The notes: generated by a model from the sequence alone, not told the origin. 32,000 nt of DNA from Okeania sp. (GCF_035285525.1 NZ_JAYKGW010000193.1:1-32000), one strand, 5' to 3'. Numbered from the stretch's first letter, positions 1 to 9,793 are shown. Translations and numbers: made by a program.

Positions 1-202
1 GCACAATAGTTATTTCATTTTCTGAAGCACTCCGCAAATTCGATAAAAGGTCATGTCTAATTTTTTCAGTAACTATTGCCCAATAGTTATTTCATTTTCT
101 GAAGCACTCCAAAAATTCGATAAAAGGTCATGTCTAATTTTTTCAGTAACTACTGCACAATAGTTATTTCATTTTCTGAAGCACTCCGCAAATTCGATAA
201 AA
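1..202. repeat. 77-bp tandem direct repeat, about 2.6 units, cut by the window edge
   Basis: Units start at 1, 78 and 155. Unit 1 and unit 2 differ at 4 positions (unit positions 3, 34, 35, 76). Unit 3 equals unit 1 up to 202 and then diverges. A period of 77 is not a multiple of 3 and no ORF spans the array. Each unit junction forms an A/T-rich hairpin (aactattg..caatagtt) followed by tttcatttt. Confidence 0.9.
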
Positions 203-236
203 AAATTAATTGCTCTAACTTTGTTTAATGTTTAAA

Positions 237-560
237 TTATCCTTGAATTTTTTCCGCCATCCACTGCAAATAAGGAGCATAACCTGAGACAATTGGTAAA
301 GCAATTATTTCTGGTATTTCGTCAGAATGTAAGTTTCTCAATTTTGATTCTAGGATGTTAAACTTATCTAAATCTGTTTTAATTAATAAATTAAAAGAAT
401 CTTCTGAACATAACTCCCCTTCCCAATCATAAATAGAGTGAACTGGAAAGATATTTACACAAGCTGCTAATTTTGCTTCTATGATAGATTTTGAAATTGC
501 CTTAGCTTCATCTAGAGAAGCAATATTTACCAAAACAACACCATAATTAGTTGTACTCAT
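237..560 (-). CDS. cutA: CutA1 divalent-cation tolerance protein
   Basis: 107-aa ORF. Size and motif pattern (KLAACVNI, W.GE, LLIKT) are typical of the CutA1 family. Confidence 0.8.
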   Translation of the reverse strand: MSTTNYGVVLVNIASLDEAKAISKSIIEAKLAACVNIFPVHSIYDWEGELCSEDSFNLLIKTDLDKFNILESKLRNLHSDEIPEIIALPIVSGYAPYLQWMAEKIQG

Positions 561-890
561 AACTTTATTTCTGATTTTTATCTAAATTTTTAGTATATTT
601 TTATTGAATTTAATCAAAGTCGAATTATCTGCTACTAGCAAAAATAAAAGACAATTTTGTTAATGCTAGTAAAATTGATTTACTCAATCTATTTACTTAG
701 TTTGTTTAAAATACTTACAGCAGATTCCAAGTATTATAAAGTACAGATTCAATAATTAAATATTCTCAGTGTGATCCAGAAATCTCCCGTGAATGTACCT
801 CACCAAAATGGATACTGTTGTAAGTCTTTGTGAGAGATAATTTAAATATTTTTAAGTATATACAAAAACTTATTGATTGTGATGTTAAAA

Positions 891-1301
891 TTAATTAAGA
901 GAATTAAACTTACTGTTTAAATATCTTTCTATTAAAATAATAGCTACAATATCATCTATTGGTTTAGATGGAATACGCATTCCTTTCGGAATTAAACGTA
1001 CAAACCATTGAGGAGGATATAATTGCCAATAGCGATCGCGAGCTTCTAAACTAGAATAACGTTCATCTACTTTGATGATTGGTACTTTTTCTGAAATAAT
1101 TTTTGTGAGATTTTGTTCCCAAATTTTCGATGTAGTTTGGTCGCCTATTACGATTAAGTTAATATCAAATTTTTGATTTAGTTCTATAATTGTTGTGGTA
1201 ATTTTTGGAGATTCTACAACTTGGTGATAATAAATTTTTTTGTTTTTATCCATAATTGCAATTCCACATTTATCACGACCAGGGTCAAATCCTAAAATCA
1301 T
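891..1301 (-). CDS. YqgF/RuvX-like RNase H-fold putative nuclease
   Basis: 136-aa ORF. The N-terminal ILGFDPGRDKCGIAI resembles the first catalytic-Asp strand of YqgF/RuvC-fold proteins. The assignment rests on motif recall only. Confidence 0.5.
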   Translation of the reverse strand: MILGFDPGRDKCGIAIMDKNKKIYYHQVVESPKITTTIIELNQKFDINLIVIGDQTTSKIWEQNLTKIISEKVPIIKVDERYSSLEARDRYWQLYPPQWFVRLIPKGMRIPSKPIDDIVAIILIERYLNSKFNSLN

Positions 1302-1313
1302 TTTTCTGTTAGG

Positions 1314-1726
1314 TTAGGGAGTAGGAAGTAGGGAGTAGTTAAGAATTAGGATTTAGGGGTGTTATACCATTTCTCAAAAAGTTTTCTAAATTTGATTGAG
1401 GAGGTGAGTAGGGGAGTAAGGGAGTGGGGGGAGAAGTAAACATCAGAAAAATTCACAAAAAATGATTTGGTTTGTGTTAATTATTTGATGACTGAAGTAT
1501 TCCTCAAGTATAGCAATAATGGATGGAAATTGGTATTACGGAAGAGGTGTTCATTGATAATTGCACTTCAGTTTTTCTGTTATAATTACTGCAAAATTCT
1601 CACTTTTTCCCTTCCATTAACTTAAAAAGGTGTTCAGCAATTAATTGTTTGGTGATTTATTAGTACCTAAAATTATTGAAATTATGATTAATGTTAATGC
1701 TTTTATATTTAATCAGTCAGCCATAA
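1314..1726. mobile_element. MITE-like dispersed repeat, family A (composite copy)
   Basis: The right end tttaatcagtcagccataa matches the family terminus TTTAATCAGCAAGCCCTAA. Internal blocks (attaggatttagg, caaaattctcactttttc, gattaatgttaatgctttt) recur at 12366-12849. The left part is tagggag-type heptamers. It fills the whole spacer between two CDS. Confidence 0.6.
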
Positions 1727-2332
1727 CTACTTATTAGTTTCTGCCTTACTTTTTAGTTGTTGGCGTTCTATTTCTAACTGTTTAATTTCTTGCTTTATAA
1801 TTTCTCTTTGTTGTTTAATTTCTTGCAGTTGATTTTGAATTAATTTTAGTTCAGCTTTAGTTTTTGCTTTTGTAGTTTGAATTTGTTTTAATTCTTGTTT
1901 AGTTACTTCTAGTTGGGTTTCTGTTTCAGTTGTTTGGTTTAATGTTTTATCTAGAGACTGATTGACTCTATCTAACTCAGTTAAAGCTAATTTTAAATCA
2001 GATTTTGCTTTTTTTAGTTCATTGGTAATACGAGTGATTTCTCCTTCAGCCCTTGTAACTTCTTTGCGAGATTGATTCAATTTGGTTTGAATTTCATCTA
2101 TTCTAAAAACTCCTTTTCTTAATGGCTTACTTGTGGCAAATAGAATAGTTAAAGTTAAAGCAGAAAGAATACTGCCAGTAATTATAGTAACTAAAACAGC
2201 AGTATCACGGGGTCGAAGACGAAATATTCGTAGTCTAGCTTTACCCACTCTTGTACCTAGGCGATCGCTAATAGTGGCTATTACACCGCCTAGAACTAGA
2301 ATTGCTAATACTAATATTATACCCGCAGTCAT
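1727..2332 (-). CDS. DUF3084-type membrane / coiled-coil protein
   Basis: 201-aa ORF with two N-terminal TM helices around the motif DRLGTRVGKARLRIFRLRPRDTA, which I recall as DUF3084, followed by a long Q/E/K-rich coiled coil. The stop codon directly abuts the family A repeat end. Confidence 0.6.
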   Translation of the reverse strand: MTAGIILVLAILVLGGVIATISDRLGTRVGKARLRIFRLRPRDTAVLVTIITGSILSALTLTILFATSKPLRKGVFRIDEIQTKLNQSRKEVTRAEGEITRITNELKKAKSDLKLALTELDRVNQSLDKTLNQTTETETQLEVTKQELKQIQTTKAKTKAELKLIQNQLQEIKQQREIIKQEIKQLEIERQQLKSKAETNK

Positions 2333-2333
2333 T

Positions 2334-2361
2334 TCAGTTATCAGTTATCAGTTAGTCAGTA
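2334..2361. repeat. Heptamer tandem repeat (TCAGTTA x3 plus one variant)
   Basis: tcagtta tcagtta tcagtta gtcagta, starting 2 nt upstream of the DUF3084 start codon. STRR-like. Confidence 0.9.
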
Positions 2362-2753
2362 ACTCGTAGCTGTAGCCAGATACTTGAAATACTGAATTAA
2401 AACTTTCTTTTGGTTGGGAGATGGCTATATTTATTCGCCATTCCTGGACCGCTTTTCACCACCCTTAAAGGGGAGTCTTGAAATCTTAATCTTATTTTTT
2501 GCTAATTAATGGCTGATAGTAATTAATAATTAAAATTAATAATGGATAATTAATTCCTAAGCTGTTAAGTATTTAAACCGCATTTTTGTTCTGTGCCTAG
2601 TGATGAATACAAGCCTTATTACTTCTGATTTGTTCAGACATATTTTCAATCTATTTTATTTATGCTTAAATGTTTAAAGTGTTTCAGTTTTAGACAGAGG
2701 TAATTATTCGTTATCCATTAATTAATTGGTATTGTTTTTTTGATTCTTGTTAG

Positions 2754-2988
2754 TTAGGGCTTGCTGATTACATCTCAAAATATACATCAAGGTAAGTATG
2801 TTTTTCTGTCCTGAAAAAATACCAGCTTTTGGGTGAAAGGGAGCTGAAAGAGTCAGTATTTTGTCTTGGTTAATACGAGGCACGAGGCAGAAAAATTATC
2901 AGAGTAATTTTTCCAAGCACTTTTTCTGTTGCTCCTCTAACTGCTCTTTATCTTCAGCTCAGAGACTTTTCATCAGCAAATCCTAGTT
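2754..2988. mobile_element. MITE-like dispersed repeat, family A
   Basis: The left terminus ttagggcttgctgatta and right terminus tcatcagcaaatcctag are imperfect inverted repeats. The internal block accagcttttgggt is shared with copies at 28063 and 29817. Confidence 0.6.
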
Positions 2989-3048
2989 AGACCGTAATTT
3001 TAATTTATCATTAAAAATATTTTAAAATTTGTTATTATTCCTAATAAA

Positions 3049-3720
3049 TTAAGTAAACTGCTGACTTAAAGCTACTGGGTTATGTACTGTAATTTTCTTT
3101 TTATTAATAGATATCATACTATCTTGCCGGAGGTCTCCCAGTAAACGAGTAACTGTCACCCTTGTTGAACCAATTGCTTCGGCAATTGCTTGATGAGATA
3201 ACTTCAGGTCTATTGTAATTCCATCTCGACTAGGAACTCCAAAATCTCGACAAAGAATTAATAAAAAGCTAACTAATCTAGAACCCATATCTCGGTGTGC
3301 TAATGTCTCAATCATCATCTCTGTCTGTAAGATTCGAGATGATAATCCACGCAATAAAATAACTGACAGTTCTGGATCTTCTCTCAGAGCTTTCTCTACT
3401 TGGTCAATTGGTACTGATATTAATTCTACCACGGTAAATGCTACTGCATGGTAAAAACGGTCAGACTTATGGCCTGTAATTAGGGATAGTACCCCAAATA
3501 CACTATTCTCCCGAAGCAGGGCTACTGTTATTTCGTCTCCTGCTTCATAAACCCTGGATAGTTTAACTGCACCTTTAATTAAAAGGTAGACACGCTCTGC
3601 AGGGTCTCCGGGGAAAAATATGGTCTTACCCCGTTCAAAAGTTTCTATTACTGGTGGGTATAAACCACCAGACATACTACGGAAAACTGTTGTTAGTGGT
3701 CTATCATGCGTCACGACCAA
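3049..3720 (-). CDS. ntcA: Global nitrogen regulator NtcA (CRP/FNR family)
   Basis: 223 aa, collinear over its full length with NtcA as I recall it from Anabaena ([28 protein letters not shown] segment [17 protein letters not shown]). The start is a TTG. Confidence 0.95.
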   Translation of the reverse strand: MVVTHDRPLTTVFRSMSGGLYPPVIETFERGKTIFFPGDPAERVYLLIKGAVKLSRVYEAGDEITVALLRENSVFGVLSLITGHKSDRFYHAVAFTVVELISVPIDQVEKALREDPELSVILLRGLSSRILQTEMMIETLAHRDMGSRLVSFLLILCRDFGVPSRDGITIDLKLSHQAIAEAIGSTRVTVTRLLGDLRQDSMISINKKKITVHNPVALSQQFT

Positions 3721-4052
3721 TTTCCTTACACTCTCATCTATCTAAATAAAGTATTTTATCTAACTAAGTATTTTTCTTGATATCTTTATAAAAAATAGCT
3801 CATTAACTGAGCAAAAGGTGTACTATCAATTTGCAAGGTAGTGCTATACATATAACTTGAATTTGTTGTAAACACTTGAGATAGATTACCACAATGAAAA
3901 CAAAAAATCTTATTTTAAATTTTGGCTTATGGGTGCTATTTTGCCGGATGGCAGATATCAAATTTTTTATTATAGCATTAATTCGTCATAATTAAATTAA
4001 TTTTTTAAGTTTTTGTTTGACTAAGCTTGATTATACTACGATTTACATTATT

Positions 4053-4829
4053 ATGTTAGATTTAACTGGAAAAAATGCTCTAGTGACGGGGATTGCAAAT
4101 AATCGTTCTATTGCTTGGGGTATTGCTCAACAACTTCATAAAGCTGGGGCAAATTTGGGGGTGACTTTTCTACCGGATGATAAGGGTAGATTTGAAAAGA
4201 AGGTTTGGGAATTGGTGGAACCTTTGAATCCTTCTTTATATTTACCTTGTAATGTTCAGGATGATGAGCAGGTTCAGGCTACTTTTACTGAGATAGGAGA
4301 AAAGTGGGGCAAGTTGGATATTTTAATTCATTGTTTGGCTTTTGCTGGTAAGGATGAGTTGTCTGGAGATTTTAGTAATACTAGCCGTGAAGGTTTTACT
4401 CGTGCTTTGGATATTAGTTCTTATTCTTTGATTGATTTGAGTTCTAAGGCTAAGGAGTTGATGACTGAAGGTGGCAGTATTGTAACTCTGACTTATTTGG
4501 GTGGGGTGCGAGTTATTCCTAATTATAATGTGATGGGAATTGCTAAGTCTGCTCTAGAAATGAATGTCCGTTATTTGGCAGCAGAACTTGGCCAGAAAAA
4601 TATTCGGATCAATGCTATTTCTGCTGGTCCAATTAAAACTTTGGCTTCTTCGGCAGTGGGTGGTATTAAAGATATGATTCATCATGTGGAAGAAATTGCA
4701 CCATTACGTCGGACTGTTTCTCAAATTGAAGTTGGTAATACTGCTGCTTTTCTCTGTAGTGATCTAGCGAGTGGGATTACTGGTCAGGTAATTTATGTGG
4801 ATGCTGGTTATGCAATTATGGGAATGTAG
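4053..4829 (+). CDS. fabI: Enoyl-[acyl-carrier-protein] reductase (NADH) FabI
   Basis: MLDLTGKNALVTGIANNRSIAWGIA is the canonical FabI N-terminus. I place the start at ATG 4053, in frame with the track ORF that begins at TTG 4017. Confidence 0.9.
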   Translation: MLDLTGKNALVTGIANNRSIAWGIAQQLHKAGANLGVTFLPDDKGRFEKKVWELVEPLNPSLYLPCNVQDDEQVQATFTEIGEKWGKLDILIHCLAFAGKDELSGDFSNTSREGFTRALDISSYSLIDLSSKAKELMTEGGSIVTLTYLGGVRVIPNYNVMGIAKSALEMNVRYLAAELGQKNIRINAISAGPIKTLASSAVGGIKDMIHHVEEIAPLRRTVSQIEVGNTAAFLCSDLASGITGQVIYVDAGYAIMGM

Positions 4830-4834
4830 GTATT

Positions 4835-4866
4835 TCAGTTATCAGTTATCAGTTATCAGTTATCAG
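4835..4866. repeat. Heptamer tandem repeat (TCAGTTA x4)
   Basis: Four perfect tcagtta units plus a partial one, starting 6 nt after the fabI stop. Same heptamer as at 2334. Confidence 0.9.
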
Positions 4867-4867
4867 C

Positions 4868-5010
4868 AAAACTTGTAATAGACTGATTAATCTTTATTGC
4901 AATAGCAAGACTTTTGAGGAATGGTATAACTTTCTATTCCTCTTAACTCTGAACTACTCCCTACTCCCTACTCCCTATCTTCACAAAAAGACTTTTTGAG
5001 TAAACCCTAC
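4868..5010. mobile_element. Short or partial family A-like repeat
   Basis: The right end aaaagactttttgagtaaaccctac resembles the family A end aaaagactttttcagcaagccctaa. It contains ctactcc x3 at 4954-4974. Confidence 0.4.
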
Positions 5011-5039
5011 TTAAAAATTAAAATTAAAAATTTATATTC

Positions 5040-5150
5040 ATAGCAGTCGAAACAAAAGGGGCGGACATTTCTAAATCCTAAAACCCTTTGATATTATTCA
5101 ACTGTTCCCACCTTCTGTGTTCCCTATTCCCGATTCAAGTAGCGCTATAT
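5040..5150 (+). mobile_element. Family Y small dispersed element (copy Y1)
   Basis: atagcagtcgaaacaaaagg...ctgttcccaccttctgtgttccc...gattcaagtagcgctatat. It aligns along its length with the reverse complement of 12267-12359 and shares ctgttcccaccttctgtgttccc exactly with 11530-11638. It ends 9 nt before the hisB ATG. Confidence 0.75.
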
Positions 5151-5159
5151 ATTTTTATT

Positions 5160-5801
5160 ATGCAAATAAGCGATCGCCCTTGTTCATCTATTCCGAATGT
5201 ATCAGATGTACCTCCTAGAGTTGCTTCAGTCAAACGAACGACTGGAGAAACTGATGTAAATGTGAGTCTTAATCTTGATGGTGTGGGTAATTGTAAGGCT
5301 AATACTGGTATTCCTTTTTTAGACCACATGTTACATCAAATTTCTTCTCATGGACTGATTGATTTAGAGGTCCATGCTGTGGGGGATATTGAAATTGACG
5401 ATCATCATACTAATGAGGATGTGGGAATTACTTTAGGCCAAGCTTTAAGACAGGCGTTGGGCAATCGTAAGGGTATTGTCCGTTTTGGCCATTTTGTGGC
5501 TCCTTTGGATGAGGCTTTGGTTCAGGTGGCCTTAGATTTTTCTGGTCGTCCATATTTGAGTTATGGTTTGGATGTTCCGACTGAACGAGTTGGTACTTAT
5601 GATACTCAGTTAGTGCGGGAATTTTTTGTGGCTGTGGCTAATAATAGTTTGATGACTTTACATATTCGACAGTTGGCTGGAATTAATTCTCATCATATTA
5701 TTGAGGCAGGGTTTAAGGCTTTTGCTCGTTCTCTACGAATGGCTTCGGAAATTGACCCCAGACGAGTTGGGGAAATTCCTAGTTCTAAGGGAGTTTTGTA
5801 A
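5160..5801 (+). CDS. hisB: Imidazoleglycerol-phosphate dehydratase HisB
   Basis: [33 protein letters not shown] and SHHIIEA are IGPD signature segments. Start placed at ATG 5160. The track ORF start at 5088 lies inside repeat Y1. Confidence 0.9.
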   Translation: MQISDRPCSSIPNVSDVPPRVASVKRTTGETDVNVSLNLDGVGNCKANTGIPFLDHMLHQISSHGLIDLEVHAVGDIEIDDHHTNEDVGITLGQALRQALGNRKGIVRFGHFVAPLDEALVQVALDFSGRPYLSYGLDVPTERVGTYDTQLVREFFVAVANNSLMTLHIRQLAGINSHHIIEAGFKAFARSLRMASEIDPRRVGEIPSSKGVL

Positions 5802-5807
5802 TTGGTA

Positions 5808-5827
5808 AGCTATCAGCTATCAGCTAT
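5808..5827. repeat. Heptamer tandem repeat (AGCTATC x3)
   Basis: agctatc agctatc agctata, 7 nt after the hisB stop. It continues into ctcctgggtcggaactgc, which resembles the family X core. Confidence 0.85.
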
Positions 5828-5887
5828 ACTCCTGGGTCGGAACTGCACAATTAAGCTGTTTTTTTTCCTTTTAGATTTAAACCCTAT

Positions 5888-6109
5888 TTAGGGTTTGGGT
5901 ATGGAAATATAAAAGTCTTTACATACGAATGGTTATAGCATTTTTAAATCCGAAAAAAGTGCAACTTTTCTAGCTAAAATCACCAAAAAGTTAGGATTTT
6001 AGGGAGACCAAAAGCAGAAAAACTAAGGAACAATTATTCCTCCTAATCTCTCTGTCTTCCCACGCTCCCCACAAGAACCACACTTTGCTTTTTTAACAAA
6101 CCCTATTTA
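5888..6109. mobile_element. MITE-like dispersed repeat, family A
   Basis: Termini ttagggtttggg / caaaccctattta. Internal blocks aaaagtgcaacttttc, ttaggattttag, aaggaacaattattc and cttcccac are shared with 6205-6433 and 9964-10192. Confidence 0.7.
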
Positions 6110-6204
6110 AGCAAGGTACAGATTTTATACTAATATATATCTCCAAAAACAAAAAGTAAAATCAATTATCCCATACGAAATTATCAATTTTTCTTCTCTG
6201 TTAA

Positions 6205-6433
6205 GTGTTCCCTATTTTCTGGAGATGTCTAATTTTCATTTTACAAATTGAAGTGTGGAATGTTGGTTATAGCCTTTTTCCAGATCGAAAAAGTGCAACT
6301 TTTCCAACTAAAACTGCCAAAAAAATTAGGATTTTAGTGAGGCTAAGGTTAGAAAAATCAAGGAACAATTATTCTTTTTACTTTCTCTTTCTTTCCACAC
6401 TTCCCACACTCTCCTTTTTTCAGAAAGCCCTAA
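6205..6433. mobile_element. MITE-like dispersed repeat, family A (second copy in the same spacer)
   Basis: Roughly 80 percent identical by eye to 5930-6100, in the same order and orientation. The right terminus is tttttcagaaagccctaa. The left end is unclear. Confidence 0.65.
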
Positions 6434-6457
6434 CTACTCGCTGCCTTAAAAACTGGT

Positions 6458-8137
6458 TTACTTTTCTGTCATTTTATCTAATCTTTCTCTAATAGATAAC
6501 TTAAATCCTGAATTTAATGCGAATATAGCTCCCAATCCTGATAAGATAAAAACGACAATAGCGCTTTTAATATAACCCCCTGTTAATAACACAGAACCTG
6601 ATAGAAAAGCTAAACCAGTTATACAAGTAAAAATCAAAGTTTTTAAAGCCAAATTAATCCGTTTTAATAATCTGTCATTTTCAATAGAACGTACCCTAAA
6701 TTGAATTTCTCCATCTTCAATTTTGGTTTCTAATTGTCGGATTAAAACTTCACTTTTACTAGGTTTTCGTAATTTATATCTAATAAAATCTCTAGTCTGC
6801 TTTGCTAGTTCACCTACTATTCCAATTCTGTCTTGATCGGCAGTTATACTTTTTACAAAAGGTTGAGAACAAGTAATCAAACTATACTCAGGATCGAGTT
6901 GTCTAGCAATCCCATCTAAAGTAGTTAGAGATTTCAGAATAAAAGTCATTTGAGAAGGTAAACGAAATGGTTGTTGCTCAAATAACATATACATTTCATC
7001 CTTTATTTCATCAAAATTATAAAAGTCTAGAGGTTTGTCAGTAAAATTTTCTAGTAAAAAATTCATTAATCTTCTAACAGGCATCATATCCGGCATTGGT
7101 TCAATTAAACCAATATTAATTAAAGTATTTAGCACCTGGTCAACATCTTTTCTCAAAACCGCAAAAAAAGTTTTAATCATTTGGTCTTTTGTTAAAGATT
7201 TTACCTCTGCCATCATGCCAAAATCATAGAAAATAATTTCACCATCTAAACTAACTGCTAAATTTCCTGGATGGGGGTCTGCCTGAAAAAAACCATCTAA
7301 TAATAATTGCTTTAAATAACAACAAACTCCTATTTGATTAATCTTTTTAGGATTAATATTATAAGTTTCTAATCGCATTAGGTCATTAATTTTTATTCCT
7401 GGTAAATATTCAAGAGTTATAACTTTTTCTGTAGTGTGAGTCCAATAAACATGAGGCACTATTATTTCTGGATAATCTTGAAAATTTTTCCGAAAGCGGT
7501 CAGCATTTTTTCCTTCATTTATATAGTCAATTTCTTGATAAAGAATTGTAAAAAAGTCATGGTAAATAGCATCTAAATCATATCTCTTAGACCAAGCAAA
7601 ATACTTTTGACAAAAACGAATCACATTTTTCACTGCTTTTACGTCTAAATCAAATAAAACTTTTAACCCAGGACGTTGTACCTTAACTACTACTTCTTCA
7701 CCTGTTTGTAAACTAGCTTTATGTACTTGCCCTAAACTTGCTGCAGCGATGGGACGTTCCTGAAAATCTCGATATAAATAATAAAGAGAGTTGCCTAGTT
7801 CCTTTTCAATAATAGCGATCGCTTGTGTTGTGGGAAAAGGAGGTACTTGGTCTTGTAATTTTCCTAGTTCTTCTATATATTCCTTTGGTAATAAATCGCC
7901 TCGTGTAGATAAAGATTGACCTATTTTAATAAAAGTTGGACCCAAGTTGAGCATAGTTTTGACTAACCATTCAGCACGTTGTTTTCTGATAGAGGAAGAT
8001 TTATTTTGAAATAAATTATCCCACCATAAAAAGAAGAAAAATTTTCCGGCGGCACTAAAAACATCTATTTGTCTCGTTAGGGGAGAATATTGGGTGCGTT
8101 GCCAACGCAGGGAGTTAGGAGCATTTTGAGTTAGCAT
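6458..8137 (-). CDS. ABC1/UbiB (AarF-domain) atypical kinase family protein
   Basis: 559 aa. FIKIGQSLSTRGDLLPKEYIEEL, AAASLGQVHKA and FQADPHPGNL are hallmark ABC1 kinase motifs. There are C-terminal TM helices. Confidence 0.85.
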   Translation of the reverse strand: MLTQNAPNSLRWQRTQYSPLTRQIDVFSAAGKFFFFLWWDNLFQNKSSSIRKQRAEWLVKTMLNLGPTFIKIGQSLSTRGDLLPKEYIEELGKLQDQVPPFPTTQAIAIIEKELGNSLYYLYRDFQERPIAAASLGQVHKASLQTGEEVVVKVQRPGLKVLFDLDVKAVKNVIRFCQKYFAWSKRYDLDAIYHDFFTILYQEIDYINEGKNADRFRKNFQDYPEIIVPHVYWTHTTEKVITLEYLPGIKINDLMRLETYNINPKKINQIGVCCYLKQLLLDGFFQADPHPGNLAVSLDGEIIFYDFGMMAEVKSLTKDQMIKTFFAVLRKDVDQVLNTLINIGLIEPMPDMMPVRRLMNFLLENFTDKPLDFYNFDEIKDEMYMLFEQQPFRLPSQMTFILKSLTTLDGIARQLDPEYSLITCSQPFVKSITADQDRIGIVGELAKQTRDFIRYKLRKPSKSEVLIRQLETKIEDGEIQFRVRSIENDRLLKRINLALKTLIFTCITGLAFLSGSVLLTGGYIKSAIVVFILSGLGAIFALNSGFKLSIRERLDKMTEK

Positions 8138-8141
8138 ACTT

Positions 8142-8176
8142 AATAATGAATAATTGATAATTAATAATTGATAATT
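8142..8176. repeat. Heptamer tandem repeat ((A/G)ATAATT x5)
   Basis: aataatg aataatt gataatt aataatt gataatt, starting 5 nt upstream of the ABC1 kinase start codon. Confidence 0.9.
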
Positions 8177-8330
8177 ACAGCAATTTTGAGGATAGTGAGG
8201 TAGAGTTATATTTATCTGTAACAGAGCCTAGAAGCCTGTAACAAGCAGGGTGCTTAAACTGCAAAAATTAAGAACAGACTTCTAGTCTTTAACAAATAAT
8301 TTTTTACCTAACTAACTCCGAAATTGCTCT

Positions 8331-8379
8331 AATAATGGATGATTAATAATTAATAATTGATAATTGATAATTGGTAATT
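8331..8379. repeat. Heptamer tandem repeat ((A/G)ATAATT-type x7)
   Basis: aataatg gatgatt aataatt aataatt gataatt gataatt ggtaatt, running directly into the left end of the family A copy at 8378. Confidence 0.9.
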
Positions 8380-8617
8380 AGAGTTTGCTAAATAGATTTT
8401 TTTTGCAAATATAATAGTCAGTAGAAATAGAATTCATAGAGGAGATATTCATAAAGTATTGTCTGTTATTTTCGGTATTCTAGTGAGATTTTTATGCTGA
8501 CTTTTTGATTTTTCGGGAACCGTACATTTTTGACCGAAAAGATTGTACTTTTTCCAGACATAAAAATCCTTAAACCTTTCTCTATAAATTATTTTATATT
8601 TAATCAGCCATACCTAA
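8378..8617. mobile_element. MITE-like dispersed repeat, family A
   Basis: Termini ttagagtttgctaaata / tttaatcagccatacctaa. The internal block cgggaaccgtac...ccgaaaag recurs at 28150 and 29910. Confidence 0.6.
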
Positions 8618-8904
8618 TTGATAATAAAAACTATTCCAATCATAAATAGGTCAGGTTGCCAAATTTGTGATCCGAATAAAATATAGATTATATCTCTAAT
8701 TACAGCAGATTTCATATTAGTAAATACACATAATACAGCCTTCCAGGCTGTGTTACAAAGTCAGCACTCAGCTATCAGCTATCAGCTTTATTAGCTTTGA
8801 AACTCTTATCTATTGCCCATTGCCTAAACCTCTATACCAAAAAGTAGCAAGATTTTTGACACAAAACTATCCTGGAAAGTGCTGTATTAATTATCAATTA
8901 TTAA

Positions 8905-9753
8905 TTAATAATTATTCATTACTTCTTCTGCTTTCTTTCTGGTAGTATCACTATTTCTATGATAAAGTTCAGCCCTATTTACTGCCACATCATATCGTGA
9001 ATAACTAGGTGAAACAGAAGTCATTAGTTCTGCAGCTTGTTCCCATGTCTTGGCGATCGCCATCCATTCTTCTTGAGACTCAGCAGTTTTACCATTAGCA
9101 ACAGCTTTTTCTGCAAGTCGAACTGCTTCATTAAAAGCTTCTTTTGATTTAGCTTCTATATCTTCTAAATTTTGATTAACTTGATTTTCTGAAGCTGTAA
9201 TTTTATCTATCCCAGAAAAGTTGAACCATCTATTTATTTGGATACCTAAAGTTAGCATTAGCATACTCATAAAAAAAATTCCTATTACGTCAAATTTATT
9301 TGGGTTTTGTGTTTTTCTAGAATAAATATTTTTAGATAGAGTTTTTTTAGTTGCTTTAGGTTTATTTCTCTGAAAATTATTTGCTATTTGTTGAAAAATA
9401 TTGGGTTTAGTTAAAGTAATTTGTTGAGACCACAGTAATTGACTTTCTGGGTCTCTAGTAATATCTTCTAACCATAAAAGTTGTTGTTCTTGCACAATTC
9501 TGCTATTAATTTTTACTTTCTGGATATTACGAGGTGAAATTGTTTCCAGAATCTGTTTTACCTCTTCTACAAGATAAGATTTTTCTAATTGTTGAACTTG
9601 TGGTGCTTCACATAAAACTTGCAAAACACCATCAGAAAATATAGCTCTAATTCTTACGTCTAATGTAGCTAAATTTTCATTGAGAATTAAAATAATTGCT
9701 GCGACGCTACCGTGATGTGCTTGGATAAATATATCATTAGTTTGATTGTTCAT
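8905..9753 (-). CDS. Hypothetical single-pass membrane protein
   Basis: 282-aa ORF with one central TM segment (VIGIFFMSMLMLTLGI). I recognise no catalytic motif. Coding is supported only by ORF length in AT-rich DNA. The last codons lie in an ATAATT-type heptamer tract. Confidence 0.55.
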   Translation of the reverse strand: MNNQTNDIFIQAHHGSVAAIILILNENLATLDVRIRAIFSDGVLQVLCEAPQVQQLEKSYLVEEVKQILETISPRNIQKVKINSRIVQEQQLLWLEDITRDPESQLLWSQQITLTKPNIFQQIANNFQRNKPKATKKTLSKNIYSRKTQNPNKFDVIGIFFMSMLMLTLGIQINRWFNFSGIDKITASENQVNQNLEDIEAKSKEAFNEAVRLAEKAVANGKTAESQEEWMAIAKTWEQAAELMTSVSPSYSRYDVAVNRAELYHRNSDTTRKKAEEVMNNY

Positions 9754-9758
9754 TGATA

Positions 9759-9793
9759 GATAATTTATAATTTATAATGAATAATTGATAATT
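9759..9793. repeat. Heptamer tandem repeat (ATAATT-type x5)
   Basis: gataatt tataatt tataatg aataatt gataatt, starting 6 nt upstream of the 8905-9753 start codon. Confidence 0.9.

Noticed and set aside
1-202. Possible CRISPR array at the window start
   Set aside because: The whole 77-bp unit repeats, including what would be the spacer. There are no unique spacers and no cas genes nearby.
2133-2369. Antisense or alternative-frame ORFs inside longer CDS: 2133-2369, 5135-5329, 7035-7229, 10471-10680, 17011-17430, 17458-17646, 17666-17875, 17710-18036, 20152-20346, 22456-22698, 22846-23040, 24983-25207, 26365-26547
   Set aside because: All are embedded in confidently assigned longer genes, on the opposite strand or in another frame. 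They have no recognisable motifs and are typical shadow ORFs.
3721-4016. NtcA binding site (GTA-N8-TAC) in the ntcA/fabI divergent spacer
   Set aside because: The best matches are only GTA-N8-CAT (3838-3851) and GTA-N6-TAC. There is no canonical site, so I do not call one.
4017-5159. Longer N-terminal extensions given by the ORF track for fabI (4017), hisB (5088) and cbiO (26914)
   Set aside because: The extensions start at TTG or run through repeat sequence, and they add residues not seen in the family N-termini I recall. The internal ATGs at 4053, 5160 and 26878 give canonical N-termini.
6205-6492. Track ORFs lying in repeats: 6205-6492(+), 16036-16224(+), 18985-19236(-), 22077-22259(+), 28654-28866(-)
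   Set aside because: Each lies wholly in MITE-like, heptamer or hairpin sequence, for example LCLLPYALCLMPYALCL from AAGGCAT repeats and KKPGFYKKPGF from the double hairpin. They have low-complexity translations, no SD, and often non-ATG starts.
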